Shown in pieces: positions 40,204-50,556 of a DNA stretch of 53,452 bases. The stretch is from assembly GCA_003427395.1 (NCBI GenBank), contig BFEA01000039.1, positions 730,129-783,580 of the forward strand, in the 5' to 3' direction. The notes beneath the pieces were generated by a model, which saw nothing but the letters and a program-made list of their open reading frames with translations, did not search any database and had not been told where the DNA came from. The DNA comes from Chara braunii. Lineage: Eukaryota; Plantae; Charophyceae. How positions within the stretch are numbered: position 1 is the first letter of the stretch; every line of letters begins with the position of its first letter. The translations under genes were made by a program, and so were the position numbers.

Positions 40204-40804
40204 AGTTACCAAACAGAATGCTAAGCAAGAGAAGCACAAAAGGGTGACAAAGAAAAAAAATAACTTTATCTTTAGCAACGTTCTACGAACATGGTCCCAT
40301 TTCTCTTCGAAGCACTTTCAACTTTTATCCATTGTTAAAGAGTTACCAACTTGAATGTATATTTTAATAATTTATTATTTTTGGTTTGCTTTTCATGACA
40401 TGATAAGTTCCATGCCGTCCTAACTTTTCTTGTGCCTCTTCTTCAGCTGACAGAAAACACACACTCACACACACATGCACATATAAATGAAAGGGGAAAT
40501 GACTAGTATGCCCCTGAACTTTCTGGAAAATACATATTAGTACGTACCGTTAAACCACCAAAGTCCCTCCAACCTCTTTGTCCAGAACCAGATTTCTGCT
40601 GCATGCCAAAAGAAACAAACCAGCACGGGTGCAAAGGACTTTCTTTTTGCCTGGCGCTAAACCCCCTCTTCTTTCCAGTAGGCTGAGCCCCTGTTAACCC
40701 ACCATGTCGGAATGAAATAGCTCGGGAAAAGACTGGTGGTTCAAAGTGGGCTTGGAAACAAAGCCTTTTTTTGTATATTCAAGCAGCTTAATATGTGTGT
40801 GCAC

Positions 40805-40851
<47 letters not shown>

Positions 40852-41515
40852 CAACAATCCGGATGAAATCGAACGGGCATGTCATGATGCTTTGTGGATG
40901 TGTCTTGAGGTGTGCCTCTATCTGTTTCTCACCTCTTTTCCCTCTCTCATGCACACAAAATACTTGTTTGTCATGCAGATTCATCGTTTTGTGCATGTTC
41001 TATGCACTGTGGAAGAAACATTTCACGACGATGAGAGGGGAATGTTTGTAAGTGGCATATGCACAGTGATTCCCTGAAATAGACATAAGCGAAGACAACA
41101 ACTTTCTTTTCTTCTTTTGTCCCCCTGAGTTACGTGTCTCTGGGGGAGCACTACACCACCCATAAACACACGGGTTGAGAGTTGGTTCCCCCCCCTTTGC
41201 AAGAAACGAAGGGGGCATCCGAGGATCAGGGGGGTGAGGGATCACTATACCAGTGATGCATACCAGTGCCCAGTTCCTCGTTTCTTTCCTTTTTTTTCAT
41301 TCTCTGTTCCCTTCCCCTTTCTCTTTCTGCTCTTCTTTTGCAAAACAACACTTAGATCAAATGTGTGAGAGCAGACAATACAGGAGTGACAGAGGAACAC
41401 TCTGCACACACAGCATGCCCCCTGTCCCACAGCCAGCAGCCACCTTGTTACTCAATCAAAAAAGCTAAGGTTATTAGGTTAACCCTTTTCTCCTTAACTC
41501 TGTCTCTTTCCTTAC

Positions 41516-41613
41516 CTTTCCTTCCTTGCACAGGGGGGCAGTACCGGTCCCAAGTGTACGGGTATATCATCTGACTCTCGGCATGAGGAGAGTCCCATGA
41601 GGGGTATACGAAA
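41516..41613 (-). CDS. ABP1: ABP1 exon (equivalent to land-plant exon 5)
   Basis: TGCAG|T TTC...AAA G|GTAAG; reads (I)FVYPSWDSPHAESQMIYPYTWDRYCPPVQGRK, aligning to ABP1 FIYxDWxMPHTAAxLKFPxxWDExC. Confidence 0.9.
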
Positions 41614-41722
41614 CTGCACGCAACCGAAAGCAAAATGGCAACCAACCAACCAACCAACCAACCAAACAAACAAACAAACAAACAAACAAACAAAAAGATA
41701 AGTAGGGTGAGGCAAAGCTTAA

Positions 41723-42106
41723 GGGCCTAGTTGCACTACCGCCATAGGCCAAGTTTGGCGAGTAGGCGCCTGGTTGCACTTACTCGCCAAACTTGGCGAA
41801 TGCAAAATGTGTGAGACGGCTCGCCACACCTTCGACACAACTTGTGGAGAGTGAATTCAGTTTCCCCGCCTGTGCACGGCGGTTTGTGGAGGGTGGTCTT
41901 TGGACCTAGCCACAAAACAGCTTTCTGGAGAGTGCAGGGCTTCATGAGTCGACATGGGGGAGACAATTTTTTTTAACGTTTCTGTAGAAGAAATCTCGTG
42001 GCGAGTACGTGCAACCAGGCCTCGAGTTCGACACGATTCTCATATTTTTCACTCTCCACGGATCCGCCACGAAATGTGACGGATGGTGAGAAGTGCAACT
42101 AGGCCC
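41723..42106. mobile_element. PIF/Harbinger-like MITE, TAA TSD, with a nested related element
   Basis: TIR GGGCCTAGTTGCACT/AGTGCAACTAGGCCC flanked by TAA; inner pair GCCTGGTTGCAC...GTGCAACCAGGC at ~41767-42020. Confidence 0.85.
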
Positions 42107-42127
42107 TAAGAAAAAAGGTTGAAATAT

Positions 42128-42248
42128 GGCCTGGCTGCACTACTCTCAAAATGTGCAAAACGAGAGTGAATCTTCCGCTAGAATATGGAAAGATACACGG
42201 CCATGATTTTTGTCTGTTGTGCATTTCGAGAGTAGTGCAACGAGGCCC
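42128..42248. mobile_element. ~120-bp MITE of the GGGCCTCGCTGCACTACTCT family
   Basis: Imperfect TIRs; the interior is shared with 24270-24410 and 29210-29300. Confidence 0.7.
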
Positions 42249-42265
42249 ATAGTTCAGTTATGTTA

Positions 42266-42500
42266 GGGCATACTCACACTAGGCCCTTATAATCGCATAT
42301 TCACAAAATTAGTGGCCAGATCTACTCTTTCTAAGAGGACTCAATGTGGCCGCTGAATTTTTATTGTGCAATTATAAGGGCCTAGTGTGAGTATGGTCGC
42401 TGATTTTGCAATTTGGCAATTATAAGGGTCTAGTGTGAGTACGGTCGCCGATTTTGAAATTTTGCAATTATAAGGGCCTAGTCACCCTAGTGTGAGTGTA
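42266..42500. mobile_element. MITE with GGGCATACTCACACTAGG ends, right end reiterated
   Basis: Inverted motif CCTAGTGTGAGTA repeated three times; relative at 30059-30180. Confidence 0.6.
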
Positions 42501-44169
42501 CGTTTGGAACCCCAACCCCAGGGTTATGGGATGCTCCGAGCCTCCCGAGTCTTTTCTGTTTTTTCAGAAGTGTTCCTCTTTTTTTATTAATGGTACAAAA
42601 GTGAACTGCCGGGTCCTTCACCACTTCCTTTCGGCGGTCTTAATCACATCCATGTACATGAAGTCGATTTAGTCCCAGTGTGTGCATGACATCAATTAAG
42701 TCCAGGAGTCCAGGAGTGAGTGTGCCCTGCGACTTCTCTCAATACTTCTTTGTTTACTGGGGCTGCCGGTGACATCCGTGTGGAGTGGTTATGAAGGTGA
42801 CCAGAAGAAAGCGGTGGTGGGAACCCTTTCACGGGTGGTGCGCCGTCCGCGGACCACCACCGGATGGGTTTGGACGTGAACGTGTGCGTTGGGTGCTTAG
42901 CCCGCAAGGCGGGTGGGAAGGAAGTCAAAGATTGTTGTTCCTCAGCCTGCTTCTGCTTTAAAGTGGGGATGTGACGGCCACAAAAGCGCGGTGGAAAACT
43001 TGGAAAAGTGTTACTTGCTATGCCTGCATGCCGTGCGGCTGATGTCCGCACACAGCGGGGAGAGAAAGGAAAGGAACAGGCAAACAAGCGGAGCAATACG
43101 AGTATCACTGATGATGATCTGACTGTTGTGGAGGACAACAGCAATGCCATGAAGATGCGGCTCACAAATTAGATCCTGCGTCACTGTGGCTATATACGTT
43201 CACATCCGGGTGCGTTGTATATTCTCCTTTTTCTCCTTGCAGTGTGTGCACAACTTCTGCTTCTTCTTCTTCTTCTTCGTCATCGTCGTCGTCTTTCTTG
43301 CACACATCATTCATACGGCTTGTACCTAAGTTCTTCTTATTCTTATTCTTATTCTCCTTCTTCTTCTTTGTACAACGACATGCAGCTCGGGCAACTTTGT
43401 TGAGTCGTTTTCGATTCAAAATGGACATCGACCAGTTGCAGAGTGCGGAGTAAATTTCTCACGCTGGCATGGCAGTCTATTTGCAGTGTGCCATGGTTTT
43501 CCGCACAGTAGCCCCACAACCCCCCTCAGCCCTCCTTTTTTCTCAATCCTCCCCCCACCCCCAATTACTTTTCTTCGTTTTCTTTTTCGTTTTCGTTTTC
43601 GTCTTCGTCGTTGTAGAAATTTGCATGGTTTGGCAATTTTTGTCGAGTTCTTTGAAATTCAGAATGAACATCGGTCCCGATTGCCACAGCAGTCTGTTTG
43701 AAGAGTGCCACAATTCTCCACAGAGTACCACTACAGCTGCCCCGCTTCCCTCCCCAAAACCCTTGGAACACAAATAAAAAAGGGCCCAGACTCGAGTAGA
43801 TCACAGCGGGCACAAAATATAGCCCAACCGGTCAACGGTGGCCTTTTTCAAAAGGACCCACTTTTGGCCCCATGTGGACCCGGGTTGCCGTTTGCCCAGG
43901 CACGAGGTTCCACCAGCACAGAGCACTGGACGTTACGCCTGAATCTGGACATGTTTCCAGAGAGGGGCAGAAAATTGGGATCGATATACATTTTTCCATC
44001 TCTGCGTAAAACACATCCAGATCCAGGCGCTTAATGCAATCCTCTTGGCTAGTGCGACTTCGCCCCAGGTGCCCACCCGGGCCGGTGGGTCATGTAACCA
44101 ACCTATAGAGGAACAGAGCTGTTCTTTCTTTTGTTTCCTTGAAAAGAGGAAAGGGAAGTGGACACTTAC

Positions 44170-44237
44170 ATTTTGATTGGCGGACGGGAAATGATGACCA
44201 GCAATTGTAAATCTTCCTCGTTGTCAGTGTTTGTTAT
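44170..44237 (-). CDS. ABP1: ABP1 exon (equivalent to exon 4)
   Basis: TTGCAG|ATA...AAA AT|GTAAGT; reads ITNTDNEEDLQLLVIISRPPIK with the conserved EDLQxLVIISRPP box. Confidence 0.95.
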
Positions 44238-44676
44238 CTGCAAGAAGGGAGGAAGATGAGGAAGACATCTGTCAAACTTAGAGAAAATCACCATCACAGG
44301 AAGAAGAAAATCGAGCGTGACAGAAAACGGGAAAGGTAACAAACAACTTATAGCTTCAGAAAAAGGCAAGGCTATCCTTGTGGCCAAATGTGACACGTGC
44401 GTAACTGTTGATTAATGGAACACAGTTCAAATCCTTCGGAATTCAAGAGTGTTAGGGGCTATCTGGGATACCTTTCCAGGCGCGCGGGCTGCTTCTACCT
44501 GCCCGGACTCGGTCCCAGCTCCTGTCAGAATCTGGCCAGACATATGTCATAACAAAGTCTGATCACACACACAGTTGGCGACCGGCAATCGCCAGGAATA
44601 TACTTGTTTGAAGTTATTTCATACTCTCCAAGGGGGCAGTTAATTCAGAACCCACACGCACGCACGAACATGCGCG

Positions 44677-44735
<59 letters not shown>

Positions 44736-44755
44736 GCCCACACACACACACACAC

Positions 44756-44793
44756 CTGTCTCTTATACACATCTAGATGTGTATAAGAGACAG
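44756..44793. other. Nextera mate-pair junction adapter (back-to-back Tn5 mosaic ends), assembly artefact
   Basis: Exact CTGTCTCTTATACACATCT + AGATGTGTATAAGAGACAG inside a (CA)n tract. Confidence 0.98.
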
Positions 44794-44899
44794 CACACAC
44801 ACATGCGCGCCCACACACACACACACACACACACAAACACGCACAATTGTTTTTAAATGTATGCATGTATTACTTCTTTCTTGATTTTTTCTTACTTTC

Positions 44900-45985
44900 G
44901 GTGTGTCTGGGTGAGCACCTTTAAGAAGTGCTAGGACGTGCTAAATAGTTGGTGGTCGGTGGTTTGGAGTTTCAGCAGGACTCTTAGCGGAGCCGTTCTG
45001 TCTGAGACGTCTGTGGTGCATATGCTCTATTGGTGATGATTGATGTCCGTCGAGTGGCTTCCCGGCTCAGCAGCTGGCGGGAACCCACAGTCTGGGGGTT
45101 TCTTCTTGTGGTGTGAGTAGGAGTTGGATGGCCTGGCTCCGTGTTGCGCGTGTCAACTGCCTTGTCTATGCTATACAGCTGCCTTGCTGCCCAACCCGCT
45201 TGCTTCTCGTGTCGTTGTTTGCAGCAGGTGTGTTTGCTGTGCAGTTTGGCTGCGTTGTTGGTGTTGCCTTGTGCTTCGCTGCGATGTTGCCTTGCTGTCC
45301 ATCTGCATGCCTTGTCTTCCCGTGCGTTCTGCTTGTGTGCCGTGCAGTTTTTTTGCGGCGGCTGCAGCGCTGCTGTGCGCTTTGCTGTGCTGTTGCATTG
45401 CTCCCAGTCCGCTTGCGCTGTTGTTCGACTCAGTTAGCTCTGACGCTTTGCAGTTGAGTTGCCCCGGCAGCATTGCCTGGTGCTTCGCTAAGTCGTTGCC
45501 CACTGCTATGCTCCGCTTGCGATGGTGCCTGCTGGCTGGCAGTCTGCAAAGGCTTCATGTCCCAAAGCATCCATATGGGGATTGCGCAGATTGTCGAGGG
45601 TTCAGCCTCCTGATGAGTCGGTGCAACTCCAACGAAACACTCTTTCATCATCAGTCTTTCATTTTTTTCGATCTCTCCTTTTTTGGGGGACTTGTCCTTT
45701 TCTTGTCTGCCTTGTTTCTGCCTTGCTACTTTTCGGTCTGCTGCCCTTTCGTTTGCTGCCTTGTGTTGTCTGTTTGCCCGCCCACCTCCCCGATGCCGTC
45801 CAGCGTAGGTCTTTTGCGGTTGCTTCTTCTTTTTTTGGCTCGCCACCTTTTTCTTTGGCTGCTTTGTTTGTCTGCCCACCCACCTCCCTTGTGCCCTCCA
45901 GCCTTTGTCCCTTGGAGCTGTTTTATTCTTCAATGCCTAGTTGCCTCATGCCATTTGCCTTCCCATTTTTTGCCTTGCTGCTCTA
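44900..45985 (+). mobile_element. Non-coding hammerhead-bearing repeat, copy 1 (boundaries approximate)
   Basis: Homologous to 47525-47770 plus ~49900-50900; GCTGCCTTG-rich tract, then the hammerhead, then a pyrimidine-rich tract. Confidence 0.7.
45587..45643 (+). ncRNA. Type III hammerhead ribozyme with intact catalytic core
   Basis: AGAUUGUC^GAGG guucag CCUC-CUGAUGA-GUCGG ugcaacu CCAAC-GAAACACUCU. Predicted cleavage after 45595; one mismatch each in stems II and III. Confidence 0.85.
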
Positions 45986-46299
45986 GCCTTGCTTCCCCTG
46001 ACAACATAGGGTCATTAACACCGACTCATTATAGCTGTATTTGGGGTATCTTTCAGTGTAAATACAGCTATAATGACCGTACGTTGTACTTGGGCGAAGA
46101 AGGTAGCCTTGCTCCTTTTGGCTGGCTGCTGTTTGCCTTAGGCTTTCTCGCTTTATGGTCTTTCAGACCATGAGATTGCCCTATTCGTTTCATGGGCATC
46201 CCTGGTTGTGAACCCGTTTTCAGGTGTGGCTTATAGAGTAATATAGACATACCTTTTGACACAACATGCCGCGGCGCAATCGCGGAAGTATCGTACCAC

Positions 46300-46610
46300 A
46301 CAAACACACACACACACACATCCATCCATCCACCCATCCACTCACACCCCTCTAGCCACCCACCTCTTGTCATCCATCCAACCACCTACCCACTATACAC
46401 TCACCATCCATCCATCCATCCATCCATGCACCCATTCATGCATTCATCCATCACTTACTTGACCATCAATCCCCCCACCCACTCACCCGTCCAACCGCCA
46501 ATCCATCCCTCCATTCACACTGATGTACCCATCCATTCACCCCCCAACCACCTGTCCATCCTTCCACCTGCCCACTCACCACTGCCCATCCATCCATCCA
46601 TCCATCTGGC
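46300..46610. repeat. Degenerate (CCAT/CCAC)n simple repeat
   Basis: Seen directly. Confidence 0.85.
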
Positions 46611-46832
46611 CACTCACCCCCACTGATCGGCCTCTTGGTGGAACGAACCACTTCGTGCTTGCAACTCCTTTTGATCAGACACACTTGGATGCGATTGAAC
46701 TGAATGCCCCTGCTAGCTACTTCGGGGCCCTGGGCACGTAAGAAGGGTCATTATATAAAACCCGATGGTCTCGGTCTTACCATGGAAAGTCTAAGTTGAT
46801 TCTCACCCATTCACATCTATTGAGAGAAATCT

Positions 46833-47037
46833 NNNNNNNNNNNNNNNNNNNNNNNNNNNNNNNNNNNNNNNNNNNNNNNNNNNNNNNNNNNNNNNNNNNN
46901 NNNNNNNNNNNNNNNNNNNNNNNNNNNNNNNNNNNNNNNNNNNNNNNNNNNNNNNNNNNNNNNNNNNNNNNNNNNNNNNNNNNNNNNNNNNNNNNNNNNN
47001 NNNNNNNNNNNNNNNNNNNNNNNNNNNNNNNNNNNNN
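46833..47037. other. Assembly gap with duplicated flanks
   Basis: N run; 46738-46832 recurs at 47063-47158. Confidence 0.95.
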
Positions 47038-47200
47038 ATTCACATCTATTGAGAGAAATCTTGTAAGAAGGGTCATTATATAAAACCCGATGGTCTCGGT
47101 CTTACCATGGAAAGTCTAAGTTGATTCTCACCAATTCACATCTATTGAGAGAAATCTTCCTTTTGGTTGTTTCTTTTTTCCCAATCAATCACTCACTCAC

Positions 47201-47407
47201 CTGATGGACAGCATCCACAGGCACGACAAATGTGTCATTTTTGTGAAACGCGTATGCCTGGACATCGCCAGGTGTCTCTCCATCACTGGGGGACTGCGCC
47301 AGCCGCAGGGTTCCTGATCCCTTCGTGACGATAAACACCTCTTCACATTCATGACGATGGATGGGAGTCCCACTGCCTGGAGCGAATGTCTGCATCCAAA
47401 CTTCAAT
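47201..47407 (-). CDS. ABP1: ABP1 cupin-core exon (equivalent to exon 3)
   Basis: TGCAG|ATT...CAG|GTGAGT, 69 codons: IEVWMQTFAPGSGTPIHRHECEEVF...KNDTF...DAVHQ. Contains the HxHxxEE and HQ metal ligands and an NxT sequon. Confidence 0.97.
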
Positions 47408-47770
47408 CTGCACCATCGATTCCCCTTGCAACAAACAGATCCCGAGTAAGCAAACTGTCTCCCCTTCCCCACGCCCCCCTCCACTCATACACACACACAC
47501 ATTTTCTTAGTTCTTTCTGGTCATCTAAGTGAGCACTTTTAAGAAGTGCCAAATAGTTGGTGGCTGCTTGTTCGGAGTGCCTGCAACACTATTAGGGGGG
47601 CCATTCCGTTCGGGGATGCTCATTTTCCAGGGGTGATGAAAGACGTTTGGCGTAGTGGCTTCCTGGCTCAGAGGGTGGTGGGAACCAACGGTCCACAGGG
47701 GTTTGACTTTTGGTGCGAGTACGTGATGGATTGCTGTGCAAGGAACCTGTCCGTTCGTCACTTGCTGGAG

Positions 47771-48273
47771 TGTAACGAATAACATGCATGAAACACAGAT
47801 TTCACAGATTTCCAATGTCTCACACAAAGTTCAATGAAAGGTGGGTGGAAACCAGGAAGCGTAACCCAATTAATATAACCAGATTAAAGAAAGAGATTCA
47901 CGAGTTCAAAATGTATAGCGCCCAGCAGAATTACAAGTCTTCTTCGTCCAACAAGAGTACGACGCCTGGCACTCATCAGCGCCAGCAGCCAACCATCAAG
48001 AACAGCGCTCCATAGGTAATCTCACCATAACCCACTTCTCTCTCTTCTCTCCTGGTCTCTCTCTTCCCTTTCTTTCTGACTATAGTAGTCCTGGTCTACT
48101 CACACTCATCATGCATGCACACTCCCTATCACACGAGAATCTACTCTGAATACCTCTCACTGATCTTCTCTACTAACTATCCCTGCTACTACTGCTAACT
48201 GGCACTGGCGCAGCTATGGCTGCCTTTCTCCTAGCCAGCGCCCAACTCTCTTTTACTTCAGCGCAGCTCTCAA

Positions 48274-48308
<35 letters not shown>

Positions 48309-49888
48309 NAACTGGCGCCTGCCATCAGAGGTGATACGAGCATCCCCTGATGATAGGCTCCTAGTATGGNTCCATTCTATTGGTGGGGAGCTGCACCTGC
48401 TGGAAACCGGGTCCAGCGTCCCTTTAACAGAATAAATAGGAAAAAGTTGGTACCTCTTCACCCCCCTTCTAGGGGCGCCAGATATGGTCTTTCTACCCTA
48501 GCACCAGAAACTATTCCTAGGTTCAAGAAAACCCCCTTCTAGGGGTGCCAGATATTATCTTTCTACATTAGCACTCAAGAAAAACCTAGCTAATCCACAC
48601 CATACCAACTCAAAGGAAACAAGCACAAAGATGATAGTGGAAATGGATCAGGGAAGTCTGATAATGGTCTTAGCGGGATCGCAGGATCCACATTAGTCCA
48701 GTCAAGAAAATGTAATTGATAGATCCTTCTGGATTCTGGTTGCCCCCTCTTCGCCTTCGCTCTTTTCACTTCCTTCCACTTTATCACTCCCATCTTTCCT
48801 TCCTTGGTACCCCCCAGCCAGTCGCTGTTGAATTGTTGAATGTGACGGTCAATTTCTGATTGGGTCAAAAGATGTTGAATCTTTTCTTTGACTTTATCCC
48901 ATTGAGTCAATATCTCTGTTTGAATCTGTTGCTTTATTGAATCTGTGAATTCAGGGCCTTCCAGCCTAACTCCATCCATCTCATTCGTACATCGTCTGTG
49001 CCAGAGAGCCCATAAGATTGCTCTTCTCCCAATTTGATAAAGATTTTGAGTGAAGTCATCCAACAGAGGGGGGTTCCATGTTTCACATAGAAGGACTTTC
49101 CAATCCCATGGCCAAGGACATGAAGATGTTAGTTGACTCCAAATCCTGTCCCACCATCTCCATCTCCATAACCATACCGCACTGGGACACTAGAGAAAAA
49201 TGTGTTCTATGGTTTCTGGAATTTCTCTTGATGGGAAGGTTGATGTACAGAACTTACACCATGGTAAGGCTAAACCTCTTTGTTCAAGGGTAGTTCTCGC
49301 AGCTCAATCACATCTGGCGCACAAGTGCCTCAGCACTTCCACACTCTCATGCGAACGAGTATCTGTCCAAATGGGAGGCTGGCCAGTCCTTTATAGTGCC
49401 GGACTAGTCTGGCGTGGGTTGCATCCAGCCTCCAAGTGTCTGGGACTCTAACCCAGTACCTGTTGTTGCAAAGTGTGTGTCCCAGTATCCTTTCCCATGG
49501 TCTGCTGCTGCTTTGGCCGACGGGCCTGTCTTTCGGACTCCTGGTCTGAATCAGATTTGACCCTTGGGACTCATCTGGGACTGTGACCTTCGACTTATTG
49601 CCGAACAGACATGACCCTGTCTCAGCCTTAAAATTGAGCCCAGTACCTGTTCGTCTAGGACCTGACTGTGACTTTTCAAAACGACTTTTCTTTTTTTTCT
49701 CTTTTTTTTCTTTTTAGTAAAAGGCGAAAGAATAGTACGCCCACTGAGCTGGGCACGCAGCCATTGTATTCAAAATGACTTTTCATTTCACTCTGGATGC
49801 GACATTTGCTTCAGGGAACTTGTCCTTTGGAATGCTACTCGTGAAATTGAGTTCTGGCCGAAAGGGCCCCTTTTATGTTGGGGTCACA
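47771..49888 (-). mobile_element. Possible solo LTR, interrupted by LINE-d
   Basis: TGTAAC...GTCACA ends, splits copy 2 of the hammerhead repeat, TATAAA-like box on minus near 49390; the TSD is imperfect (TGGAG/TTTAG). Confidence 0.35.
48277..49290 (-). mobile_element. 5'-truncated L1/Tx1-type LINE (LINE-d)
   Basis: zf-RVT 'ETIEHIF' near 49200, ORF 48590-49063 'LWALWHRRC', structured 3' UTR at 48310-48425, T-run 48277-48304. Confidence 0.9.
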
Positions 49889-50380
49889 TTTAGGGGTCTG
49901 AATCGTAAAGGCCCTTTTAGCTGGGGTCCATGTTGGATGTGTGGACTGCATAGTCTGTGCTTCTCTGCTGCCTTGCTGCCCTTCCTGCTTGCCATGCCTT
50001 TCCCTGCCGCTTGTTTGTTTGCAGTGTAGCTTGGTTTCTTTGTGAGTGTTGCTTTGTGCCTCGCTGCATTGTTGCCTTGCTGCTCATCTGTGTGCCTTGT
50101 CTTCCAAATCACTTTGCTTGTCTGTGGTGTTGTTTTGCTTGTTTGTCAGCGCTGCCTTGTGCTTCGCTGTGTTGTTGCCCCTCTCTGCATGCCCACTTCC
50201 GCCGTCTTTCCATGCAGTTAGCTTTTCTGATGTGAAGTCGGGCTGCCCCGTTAGTGTTGCCCGGTGCTTCGCCGAGTCGTTGCCTTGCTGCCATGTTCCA
50301 CTTGTGGTGGTGCCTGTAGACCGTCCACTTCCAACAGGAGTTAAAAAAGTCCATGACTCAACGCATCAATATGGGGATTC

Positions 50381-50556
50381 TGCAGATTGTTGAGGATTCA
50401 GCCTCCTATGGGACGCTGGGACCGGTTCCCAACACGTGCTGCTCCCCACGAATACACTGGAGCATTAGACCTTCAAAAAAAAAAAAAAAAAAAAAAAGAA
50501 GAAGCAGAAGAAGAAGAAGGAAAGATGAGTCCGTGCAAGGCTGCCAAGACAGTCTG
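50381..50556 (+). ncRNA. Type III hammerhead remnant split by a retro-insertion
   Basis: CAGATTGTT-GAGG attcag CCTC-CT [insert 50408-50523] GATGA-GTCCG...ACAGTCTG. Confidence 0.75.

Noticed and set aside
42690-43170. Coding-looking GC-rich stretch in an ABP1 intron
   Set aside because: No recognisable motif; the plus-strand frames are interrupted by stops.
45124-46173. 349-aa Cys/Leu-rich ORF
   Set aside because: Arises from a low-complexity GCT/TTG tract lacking stops; overlapping frames are also open and the paralogous copy does not keep the frame.
46738-47158. Direct repeat flanking the gap
   Set aside because: Near-identical ends on either side of an N run; could be an unmerged overlap and cannot be distinguished from a true tandem repeat.
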